This document shows positions 39,732 to 47,126 of a stretch of 64,000 bases of DNA, one piece after another. Under the pieces are notes generated by a model, which was given only the letters and a program-made list of their open reading frames with translations, made no database searches and was not told where the DNA came from. The stretch is from a virus: IMG/VR virus record IMGVR_UViG_3300044772_000008, one strand, 5' to 3'. Made by a program: the position numbers and the translations under genes. Each line of letters begins with the position of its first letter. Position 1 is the stretch's first letter.

Positions 39732-40297
39732 CCGACGCAGCAGTTGAGGCGGCAGTTGAACAACTCTTGAAGTCACTTGGCTACGACATTGAAGAAGAGC
39801 AGCACCTCACAGACACGCCACGTCGTGTAGCCGAGTCGCTAATGGAGTTGACAACTCCTAAGGAATTCAGCTTCACAACCTTCGAGAACAACGACATCGA
39901 CCAGATGATCATCGTCAAGGATATCCCGTTCTACAGTCTATGTGCACATCACCTTCTGCCGTTCTACGGCAGTGCCCACATCGGGTACCTGCCGAACTCT
40001 AGTCTCGCTGGGCTGTCCAAGATCGCTCGGACGGTAAGGTACTTCATGCGAGGTCTGAATCTTCAGGAGGAGATGACCAATGACATCAAGAACTTCCTTG
40101 TCGAGCACCTCGAGCCGAAGGGGGTCATTGTTGTCCTTGAGGGTCATCATCTATGTATGGCGGTTAGAGGAGCCCAAACGCCTGATCACCTTACTACGAC
40201 TTCTGCGCTGGCTGGGGTCTTCTTCGACCCCGAAAAGGGACCCGCAGCACGAAACGAATTCTTCAGTCTAGTCAGGGGGATGAATGGACGCCGCTAA
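39728..40297 (+). CDS. folE: GTP cyclohydrolase I
   Basis: YSLCAHHLLPFYGSAHIGYLP ... VVLEGHHLCM. Confidence 0.9.
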   Translation: MTDAAVEAAVEQLLKSLGYDIEEEQHLTDTPRRVAESLMELTTPKEFSFTTFENNDIDQMIIVKDIPFYSLCAHHLLPFYGSAHIGYLPNSSLAGLSKIARTVRYFMRGLNLQEEMTNDIKNFLVEHLEPKGVIVVLEGHHLCMAVRGAQTPDHLTTTSALAGVFFDPEKGPAARNEFFSLVRGMNGRR

Positions 40298-40655
40298 CGT
40301 ACTTCCTCTGAACCTAGGCAAGATGCCTGAGAGCCAGCTCGACCGTAAGTTCCTTCAGGGCATGATCAACCGACTCGCAGTTGGGTATCACAGGTACGGA
40401 CCTCTTGATCCAAATCGTGCGCAATGGATCAAGACAATCGAACTCCGTCTCGAGGCCTACAAGGAAACAGGCAACATCGACTTCTTGATGGACATAGCCA
40501 ACTTCGCCATGTTCGAGTGGCGCTTTCCTCAGCACCCAGAAGCACACAGTGATCCGAATGCAAAGTCTCCAGGCATCATCGATGGTATCACTGGAGAGCA
40601 TCGTCAGGGCTCACGTACCAAACCGGTTACAGCCTACGACCATGAGGGGGATTAG
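40284..40655 (+). CDS. putative dNTP (dATP/dGTP) pyrophosphohydrolase-like protein
   Basis: RLAVGYHRYGP ... ETGNIDFLMDIANFAMFEW resembles the N-terminal domain of phage dGTP/dATP diphosphohydrolases (MazG-related all-alpha fold). By eye only. Confidence 0.45.
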   Translation: MDAANVLPLNLGKMPESQLDRKFLQGMINRLAVGYHRYGPLDPNRAQWIKTIELRLEAYKETGNIDFLMDIANFAMFEWRFPQHPEAHSDPNAKSPGIIDGITGEHRQGSRTKPVTAYDHEGD

Positions 40656-41506
40656 TGAGGGCAGCCGTAATCGCACCGACAGGTCTCTTGAAGAGGTACG
40701 CGGCTAGAAGCCGTTACCACCTATGCCTCGCTCATCTGATTCTTCAGGAAGGTCCCTACTTCCAGTTCTACAAGGAAACAGTTGAGCGGGGCGAGTACGT
40801 GATCATGGACAACTCAATCATTGAACTGCACGGAGAGCCTATGCCGAGCCACGAGCTCCTGAGGGCAATCGATCTCCTCCATCCAACCGAGTTCGTGTGC
40901 CAAGACTTCCCTCGCGATCCAGCTACAACCCACTTTTGGGCAATGAACAAGGGTGAAGAACTGAAGAAGCGGTACCCTGACATGAAGCTGATGGTCGTTC
41001 CTCAGTGGGGGCAAGGTAAGGTCTTTGCAGACTGGTGGGCTAGCTTCCTGTGGCTGAAGGAACTACCCTTCATCGACACGATCGGACTGCCGAAGTTCAT
41101 CCGAGGTGGACGTAGCCTAGCAGCACATCAGATCGAAAGCAATCCTGTTCTTCATCGCGACAAGGAGTTCCACCTTCTAGGTACGTGGGGCAATCCCGTT
41201 GAGGTCAGGGATATGACTCGGTACAAGTGGATCCGAGGTGTTGACAGCAAGGCACCAGTTCGCTTTGGCCAGCAAGGGATTGCTCTTCATCCAGAACGTG
41301 GTCTCCTAGGAGGGAATGCCCTTCGTGATGCAGTCCCAGCACTTGACTTCAACTACGCAGATGACCCGATGCCTTCGATCACAGATCACAATGTCAGAAC
41401 TTACCTCACCTGGGCTCGTGGTGAGAAGGATGCGGATGTCCTACAGTTCCCAACACCACCTGAAGAAGGCTTCGAGACAAAGAGCAAGGTCTTCAAGGGG
41501 CCGTAA
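40655..41506 (+). CDS. dpdA: DpdA-like DNA 7-deazaguanine transglycosylase (TGT superfamily)
   Basis: 283 aa. YVIMDNSIIE and FHLLGTWGNP blocks resemble TGT-family strands. Context is directly after folE/queE/queD/queC, as in deazaguanine-modifying phages. Confidence 0.6.
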   Translation: MRAAVIAPTGLLKRYAARSRYHLCLAHLILQEGPYFQFYKETVERGEYVIMDNSIIELHGEPMPSHELLRAIDLLHPTEFVCQDFPRDPATTHFWAMNKGEELKKRYPDMKLMVVPQWGQGKVFADWWASFLWLKELPFIDTIGLPKFIRGGRSLAAHQIESNPVLHRDKEFHLLGTWGNPVEVRDMTRYKWIRGVDSKAPVRFGQQGIALHPERGLLGGNALRDAVPALDFNYADDPMPSITDHNVRTYLTWARGEKDADVLQFPTPPEEGFETKSKVFKGP

Positions 41507-43879
41507 ATGGAGAAGGCGCCAGGCGCTAAGTGCGACGAATGCCCATTGAAGGAGATGAAGCATGTTCCCGGAAGCGGACCGAACAGCGCGGCTCTTGCGG
41601 TCGTCGGAGAAGCCCCCGGTGCAGGAGAAATCGCAACAGGAGTTCCCTTCTCCGGAGTCTCCGGACAACTCCTCAACAACATCCTCAAGTACCACGGAAT
41701 CAAACGAGAGGAGACCTATGTCACTAACGTCGTCCTATGTCGCCCCCCAGAAAATAGGACACCAACGGCGAAAGAGATTGGGGCCTGTCACAATCGTCTC
41801 ATCCAGGAGCTTCGGAATACAGGAGCCAAGAGTGTTCTCGCGTTGGGAGCTACAGCTGCGCAGTCACTTCTTGCCTCACGGACTGCTATTAGTAAGCTAC
41901 GGACTGAACCAGACTTGGCGTCGCCGTACCTTGGAGCTGGAGTTCATGTCATCCCTACATTCCATCCAGCAGCAGCGCTCCGGGCACCTGACTATTTCCC
42001 TTCCATCCTCAAAGATGTCGCAAAGGTCAATGCTGTACAAGTTGTATGGGAACACACTAAATACCAAGTGGTTGAAACCGAAGCGCTAGCCCGTGAGTAC
42101 CTAAGGAAGCAAGCAGACCAAGCTGCAGGCAATGGTGGCATCATTACCTTCGACGCAGAGCTTGACATCGAAGCAATCAAAGGTGCAGTAGACCTAAAGA
42201 ACCCAATCTGGCTATGTGCAGGTATCTCATCTCGTCCCGGAGCTGCCGTTGTTTACACCCCATCAGCACTGACTCCGAACTTCTGGGCTCAGCTGAATGA
42301 CACGTTTGCGAAGGACACCCGTCTTCGCTGGACTTACCAGAACGGTAAGTTCGACATCCAGCCCCTGTGGGGGTCTAGTGTCACGAACGCCCGTGTTGAC
42401 GAGGACACGATGCTCATGCACTACAGTACGGACGAGAGGAAGGGTACACACGACCTTGAACAGCTGGCCGTTGAGATCCTGGGAGCACCAGCATACAAGA
42501 CTGACACTCGGAAGTATCTTCCTCGTACTGGTGCGTCTCTTCGCTATCTGCCTCCTGATATTCTGCATCAGTATAATGCTGCTGATGCCGACGTTACTCA
42601 TCGTCTTGTTGCTCCTCTCAAGGTGGAGATGAAGTCAGACGGTGTCGAACGGCCTTACTACGAGCTTCTGATTCCAGGCAGTGATGTACTTGGAAGGGCA
42701 GAGTACCTTGGTACTAAGGTCGACCGAGACCGTCTAGATGAACTAGCCGACGAACTATATGAGGAGTTGTTGCCTAAGCGGAAAGAACTAGAACGGTGGG
42801 TGGCGAACCCGAACTCTCCGAAGCAGATCAAGGCAATGTTCGATGACACTTATGACATCGAGACGGAGAGTACAGACAAGGAACACCTACTGGCATTGAA
42901 GGAGAAGAACCGTGGAACAGAAATTGCCGAGTTCGTTGACAAACTTCTGGACTATCGTCAGCAAGCCAAGCTCCGTTCCACATACGTTGTCGGACTTGCT
43001 AGACGCTTGGTTCGAAGCCGAGTCCATACTACTTTCCTACTACATGGAACAGACACCGGCCGTCTTTCCTCCAGGAATCCAAATCTTCAAAACATTCCAT
43101 CCGGATCAAAAATTCGTGACCTCTACATCGCTGGTCCGGACAACGTACTACTCAGTGCTGACTATAGTCAAATCGAGTTTCGTCTCGCCGCCATCCTATC
43201 TGGAGATGAATGGCTTCTTGACCAGTTTAGGCAAAACAGGTCGTTTCACACGGAAGTGGCCCACAGGTTCTTCGGAGAAGATTATACGGAACTACAGTAT
43301 CTCCGGGCGAAGGCAGTCAACTTTGGCATCCTATACCTTAGAGGAGCTAAGTCCCTTGCGGATGAGCACAAGTTTCCGCTTGCAGAGGGCTATCGAATGA
43401 TCCGAGAGTTCTACCATCAGATGCCGAAAGTGAAGGAGTACCAAGATGACATCCACCGCCAGATCCGACATAATGGATACCTTGAATCTTACTTCGGGCG
43501 CAAGCGGCGCTTCTGGCTCGTTACAAGAGAGAATTGGCATATGGTATCTAAGGAGGGAGTTGCGTTCCCTACACAGTCTGCAGCTTCTGATCTCAATCTC
43601 CAAAGTGCAATCCGTCTTGAACCTCTACTACGTGGTAAGGCAGCTCCGCTTATACCAGTACATGACTCTCTTGTCTTTGAAGCCAGACGACAGTACCTAG
43701 AAGAGGTAGCGTACACAGTCCGCGAGGTGATGGAAGACACGCCTGTCAAAGATATCTGTCCAACGCCGATTGAAATCAAAGTCGGACTCAAGTGGGGATC
43801 ACACCGAGGGAAGTGTCCTGATAGAGTGTGCTACCACCTGAAGGAGTACAAAGGAGGTTTGTATGTCCCAGGTTCCTGA
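41507..43879 (+). CDS. family A DNA polymerase with 3'-5' exonuclease and an N-terminal family-4 UDG-like domain
   Basis: UDG-like: KCDEC, VVGEAPGAGE, LCRPP..(16)..ACH, TFHPAAALRAP. Exo: ITFDAELD, YNAADADV. Pol: DYSQIEFRLAA, RAKAVNFGILYLRG, PVHDSLVFE. Confidence 0.9.
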   Translation: MEKAPGAKCDECPLKEMKHVPGSGPNSAALAVVGEAPGAGEIATGVPFSGVSGQLLNNILKYHGIKREETYVTNVVLCRPPENRTPTAKEIGACHNRLIQELRNTGAKSVLALGATAAQSLLASRTAISKLRTEPDLASPYLGAGVHVIPTFHPAAALRAPDYFPSILKDVAKVNAVQVVWEHTKYQVVETEALAREYLRKQADQAAGNGGIITFDAELDIEAIKGAVDLKNPIWLCAGISSRPGAAVVYTPSALTPNFWAQLNDTFAKDTRLRWTYQNGKFDIQPLWGSSVTNARVDEDTMLMHYSTDERKGTHDLEQLAVEILGAPAYKTDTRKYLPRTGASLRYLPPDILHQYNAADADVTHRLVAPLKVEMKSDGVERPYYELLIPGSDVLGRAEYLGTKVDRDRLDELADELYEELLPKRKELERWVANPNSPKQIKAMFDDTYDIETESTDKEHLLALKEKNRGTEIAEFVDKLLDYRQQAKLRSTYVVGLARRLVRSRVHTTFLLHGTDTGRLSSRNPNLQNIPSGSKIRDLYIAGPDNVLLSADYSQIEFRLAAILSGDEWLLDQFRQNRSFHTEVAHRFFGEDYTELQYLRAKAVNFGILYLRGAKSLADEHKFPLAEGYRMIREFYHQMPKVKEYQDDIHRQIRHNGYLESYFGRKRRFWLVTRENWHMVSKEGVAFPTQSAASDLNLQSAIRLEPLLRGKAAPLIPVHDSLVFEARRQYLEEVAYTVREVMEDTPVKDICPTPIEIKVGLKWGSHRGKCPDRVCYHLKEYKGGLYVPGS

Positions 43880-44237
43880 GAGGGGCGGGATGCCTACACC
43901 TCACCCACAGGGCGTTCCTATGGTGAACCCTCAGCCGTTACAGTTCCAGACAACAATTACTGGAGCACAGTTTCCAGTGGTCGAAAAGGGTGATGATGAG
44001 AACAAGCTGGTCCTGAAGGAGCACGTTGTCCTCTTCCACTCAACGCCAGCAGGAACAGCCATCATGGTTTGGGATATCCCAGCCGCAGAGAAGATCGCCA
44101 AGGATGTCTATGCAGCATGCCATCGAATGAAGTCAAACATCATCCTTCCTAATAGTCAAGACGCACGTGGCATAGCAGGAAAGGCACTCGAGGAATACGT
44201 CAAGGAACTGGACGAACAGGAAGAGGACGATGCCTAG
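43863..44237 (+). CDS. hypothetical protein
   Basis: 124 aa. ATG after AAAGGAGGTTTGT. Overlaps the polymerase 3' end. Confidence 0.65.
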   Translation: MSQVPERGGMPTPHPQGVPMVNPQPLQFQTTITGAQFPVVEKGDDENKLVLKEHVVLFHSTPAGTAIMVWDIPAAEKIAKDVYAACHRMKSNIILPNSQDARGIAGKALEEYVKELDEQEEDDA

Positions 44238-44586
44238 AGGACAAGCTGCTGAGATAGGAACCGAGAAGGTGTCTCAGAACGGTTACGTGTACGTCAAGAC
44301 CGAAGTCGGATGGAGACTCAAGCACCACCTCGTTGCCGAAGAAAAGTTGGGGCGCCCGATCGCTTCAGATGAACGCGTGTACTTTAGGGACAAGAATCGT
44401 CAGAACTTCAATCCGTCTAATATTGCCATCGAGTTCGTCCAGAAGAACCTTCCTTCCCTCAACTCTCTGAATAAGATCAAGAAGCGCCTGAACAAGATAG
44501 AGGAGCAGTACACAGAGGAATTGTCTCAAATACGAGGTGCCATCGAGGTCCTAGAGCAAGAGATTTCTAGCGAGGCTCTAGAGTGA
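44230..44586 (+). CDS. HNH-like endonuclease homolog with degenerate catalytic block
   Basis: NGYVYVKTEVGWRLKHHLVAEEKLGRPIASDERVYFRDKNRQNFNPSNI. The usual ..VHH.DGN..DN...NL His residues are replaced (VYFRDKN). Confidence 0.5.
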   Translation: MPRGQAAEIGTEKVSQNGYVYVKTEVGWRLKHHLVAEEKLGRPIASDERVYFRDKNRQNFNPSNIAIEFVQKNLPSLNSLNKIKKRLNKIEEQYTEELSQIRGAIEVLEQEISSEALE

Positions 44587-44596
44587 TCCTTTGCGA

Positions 44597-44704
44597 TCTA
44601 ACCTATGTCTGCGTTAGTCTAACCTATGGAGCATCGCTCTCGCAAGGGGTAATGGGGGTAAGGTCTAACAACGGTATAGCTTTGAGTCTAATAGGATTAG
44701 ACTC
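44597..44704. repeat. iteron-like TCTAA(C) repeats plus a 9-bp-arm palindrome
   Basis: TCTAACCTATG x2 (44597-44607, 44618-44628), GGTCTAACAA (44662), and GAGTCTAAT-AGG-ATTAGACTC (44684-44704), all in a 150-nt ORF-free gap. Confidence 0.65.
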
Positions 44705-44739
44705 GCAACAAAGCGCAACCAGAAAGGGGGTGAACTAGA

Positions 44740-44919
44740 GTGAATGTCTTCCTACTCCTGGCTCTCATCAGTGCTATCTTTGCCTTCATCACGGAGGTGT
44801 CTGACGAGAAGGAAATCCTTCTGTCAGTGGCAGGCTGGCTTATCCTTACGCTCGTCTTCTATCTTGCCTCACTTCTGTTTGGATTTGCCGTCGGGACGAA
44901 GCGACAGAACACTCCTTGA
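44740..44919 (+). CDS. small two-TM membrane protein
   Basis: Own reading (59 aa). GTG 9 nt after AAAGGGGG. VNVFLLLALISAIFAFI ... GWLILTLVFYLASLLFGFAV. Preferred over the Ser/Arg/Leu-rich track ORF 44744-44941 in another frame. Confidence 0.5.
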   Translation: MNVFLLLALISAIFAFITEVSDEKEILLSVAGWLILTLVFYLASLLFGFAVGTKRQNTP

Positions 44920-44944
44920 TTTTGTCAAGTGGTTGCTATAGAAT
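44916..44944 (+). promoter_or_regulatory. sigma70/SigA-type promoter P11
   Basis: TTGATT-17 nt-TAGAAT within GTTGCTATAGAATAGGA. Nearly identical -10 context to P8 and the same -35 half as P9. Confidence 0.65.
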
Positions 44945-44966
44945 AGGAGAAAGGAGGTGAAACTCA

Positions 44967-45035
44967 ATGGCCAAAGGAACCAAGACAAAGGGCACGAAGA
45001 AGCCGAAGCCTGTCAAGCGACCGAAGGGATACTAA
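44967..45035 (+). CDS. 22-aa Lys-rich mini-ORF (leader peptide or small basic protein)
   Basis: Own reading. ATG 7 nt after AAAGGAGGTGA. MAKGTKTKGTKKPKPVKRPKGY. Its stop is 1 nt before the next ATG. Confidence 0.3.
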   Translation: MAKGTKTKGTKKPKPVKRPKGY

Positions 45036-45036
45036 C

Positions 45037-45231
45037 ATGCCAGCGCTTGCCACACCGTCTATCAAGGCCAAGCTGGAACGCATCGAGATGTTGGCAGCCG
45101 ACAACTCACGAACGAACAGTATTCACTGGATGTGTACCAACTGCAAAGAGAAGATCTACCGTTCTGGACAAGGCGACAAGACGCCCGAAGACTACCTGTA
45201 CTGTCCGTTCTGCGGAGCGAGGTTCGAGTGA
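45037..45231 (+). CDS. zinc-ribbon protein
   Basis: 64 aa. CTNCKEK ... CPFCGARF. Confidence 0.65.
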   Translation: MPALATPSIKAKLERIEMLAADNSRTNSIHWMCTNCKEKIYRSGQGDKTPEDYLYCPFCGARFE

Positions 45232-45425
45232 ACGCTCTTTTACTCACCGGTGATGATGACCGAAAGATCATTTTCAACTGGGACAACGTCGTCGCCATCG
45301 TAGCACAGTCTAATCGGTACTCTTCAACAACCGCATCTACAGTTCGAGTCCGTGACGGGTCGATCTATGATGTCAAGGAGAAGGTCGAAGACATCATGGA
45401 GTTCGTCAAGAGGGAGAGCATGTGA
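45228..45425 (+). CDS. hypothetical protein
   Basis: Start refined to the GTG at 45228 (GTGA overlap) after GGAGCGAGG. 65 aa. Confidence 0.55.
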   Translation: MNALLLTGDDDRKIIFNWDNVVAIVAQSNRYSSTTASTVRVRDGSIYDVKEKVEDIMEFVKRESM

Positions 45426-45817
45426 TACCAGTCAAGACGAACGCTGAGATGGTGGCCGAATGGCATCGTGTCTTCAATGTTCCCATCCTCGACAAGCCCG
45501 ACTTCCCAGATGAAGCACGAGTTGTTCTTCGCATCAACCTCGTTGCTGAGGAAGTGAGCGAACTCTTTGCCGCAGTGCGCAACAAGGACATCGTCGAGGT
45601 GGCAGATGCGCTTGCCGACTTGTTGTACGTCACTTACGGAATGGCACACGAGTTCGGGATCCCAATTGACGAAGTGTTCGAAGAGGTGCAGTCTTCGAAC
45701 ATGTCGAAGCTCGGCGGAGATGGCAAGCCCATCTACCGTGAGGACGGTAAGGTCCTCAAGGGTCCTAACTTCCGTCCACCAGAGATCGAAGGCGTCCTAG
45801 CACTGGGAAAGCTATGA
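45422..45817 (+). CDS. mazG: MazG-like nucleoside triphosphate pyrophosphohydrolase
   Basis: RINLVAEEVSELFAAV ... EVADALADLLYVTYGMAHEFGI ... SSNMSKL. Confidence 0.85.
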   Translation: MIPVKTNAEMVAEWHRVFNVPILDKPDFPDEARVVLRINLVAEEVSELFAAVRNKDIVEVADALADLLYVTYGMAHEFGIPIDEVFEEVQSSNMSKLGGDGKPIYREDGKVLKGPNFRPPEIEGVLALGKL

Positions 45818-46095
45818 ACGGTTACGGCATCCCTGACTACGAGCCGGAACCAGAGTGGGGTCACTCGACTGCATTCCAGAGGTGGAGATGTCGACGCAAG
45901 GGTGGACACTTCGGACCGATTCAGAGATTTGTCCTCAGGGGTAATCTCGACATAGTCTCGCTCGTGTGTTCGAATCCGAAGTGCCGAGCATACCTTGGGA
46001 CACCTCCTATGCACAGAGTGGACAAACCATTGGAGCCTCCTACATCAGCGGACTTTCCTCCACTAGAGCCTCCAAGTCCCGTGGAACCTACATGA
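45814..46095 (+). CDS. hypothetical Cys-containing, Pro-rich-tail protein
   Basis: 93 aa. ATGA overlaps on both sides. Confidence 0.6.
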   Translation: MNGYGIPDYEPEPEWGHSTAFQRWRCRRKGGHFGPIQRFVLRGNLDIVSLVCSNPKCRAYLGTPPMHRVDKPLEPPTSADFPPLEPPSPVEPT

Positions 46096-46601
46096 GACTG
46101 CTGGCTTTGGATCCTGGTGCTACTACAGGGTGGGCTCTCTTTGTCAAGGGGGCTCCTACAGAGCGTTACCGCTCTGGGCAAGTAGGACAAGAGAAGGTCT
46201 GGCGTTTACTCGATACGGCTAAGATGGCAACTACGGAGGCAGGTGAGCTTGATACTGACGGCTATGTTGACCTAACAATCATCTGCGAGAGCTTTCAACA
46301 TCGTCAACTACCGAAGGTCGATCTGTCCCCAGTCGAGGTGATCGGAGTTGTCAAGGAATGGGCTCAGCAGAACAACGTCGAGATTGTCTGGCAGACAGCA
46401 GCTCAAGGAAAGGCATTCTGGGACAACAACCGACTAGCTACACTCGACTTGCTGAGGAAGCCTCAGACGACCTGGCGACACGCAAACGATGCGATGCGCC
46501 ACATACTATGGTATCTCGGCTTCGGCAAAGGCGTACGCATCGGTGAAGCCGAGAACATTATGCCAAAGAAGGGGGTGGTACCAGACCGAGACCGTCCGTA
46601 G
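46092..46601 (+). CDS. ruvC: RuvC-like Holliday junction resolvase
   Basis: Start refined to the ATG at 46092 (ATGA overlap). MRLLALDPGATTGWALF, ICESFQ, HANDAMRH. Confidence 0.75.
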   Translation: MRLLALDPGATTGWALFVKGAPTERYRSGQVGQEKVWRLLDTAKMATTEAGELDTDGYVDLTIICESFQHRQLPKVDLSPVEVIGVVKEWAQQNNVEIVWQTAAQGKAFWDNNRLATLDLLRKPQTTWRHANDAMRHILWYLGFGKGVRIGEAENIMPKKGVVPDRDRP

Positions 46602-46649
46602 TTGCCGTGGCCTCAAGTCGAGGTCCAACGACGAAGCGGGGGTGCGTAA

Positions 46650-47117
46650 ATGCAACCGACCTTGCCAAGGTGGCTGCTTGTAGTATTGGCAGCCTTGCTA
46701 CTAGGGTTCGCATTCGTAGCAGCAGCAAGCAATGCGAGTGCAGCACCAGTGAACAAGGAGCACAAGCAAGAATGCAGCTTCAACGGAATGAACGATCAAG
46801 TCGACTGGACGAACAGAGAAGAGTTCCGAACGGGATGGTGTGTAGTTCACAAGTGGTCCATCCCAGGAGGCTTTGCAAAACTAGACAGCGTCTTCACATG
46901 CGAGTCCGGATCAAGCTCATGGAACAGATGGGCATACAATCCAAACGGCCATGTTGGTCTTGGTCAGCACGATGAAGACTCATGGCCAGGCCGCGTTAGG
47001 ACATACAGGCCATCGCATTGGGACCTGCAACCGAGCTGGAAGAACTCAAGAACACAAGTGGTCGTCACCGTGTTCATGGTTCGTGATCAGGGTTGGGGAC
47101 CATGGAGTTGTGCCTAG
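46650..47117 (+). CDS. secreted Rpf/transglycosylase-like muralytic protein
   Basis: Signal peptide WLLVVLAALLLGFAFVAAASNASA. FTCESGSSSW ... GHVGLGQHDEDSW resembles the CESGG..GLfQ...W transglycosylase-like core. Confidence 0.55.
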   Translation: MQPTLPRWLLVVLAALLLGFAFVAAASNASAAPVNKEHKQECSFNGMNDQVDWTNREEFRTGWCVVHKWSIPGGFAKLDSVFTCESGSSSWNRWAYNPNGHVGLGQHDEDSWPGRVRTYRPSHWDLQPSWKNSRTQVVVTVFMVRDQGWGPWSCA

Positions 47118-47126
47118 GGAGGTGAA

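Noticed and set aside
41562-42089. 175-aa alternative-frame ORF (and several others) inside the DNA polymerase gene
   Set aside because: The polymerase frame carries all UDG, exonuclease and polymerase motifs. The alternative frames are Ser/Arg-rich shadows.
44744-44941. 65-aa track ORF after the iteron region
   Set aside because: It is Ser/Arg/Leu-rich, runs into promoter P11, and has poorer spacing to the RBS. The overlapping 59-codon frame starting at GTG 44740 encodes a clean two-TM protein and is preferred.
8660-44944. Repeated promoter blocks considered as a dispersed repeat or CRISPR-like array
   Set aside because: The copies are kilobases apart and each has canonical -35/-10 geometry upstream of a gene. 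There are no regularly spaced repeat-spacer units anywhere in the window.
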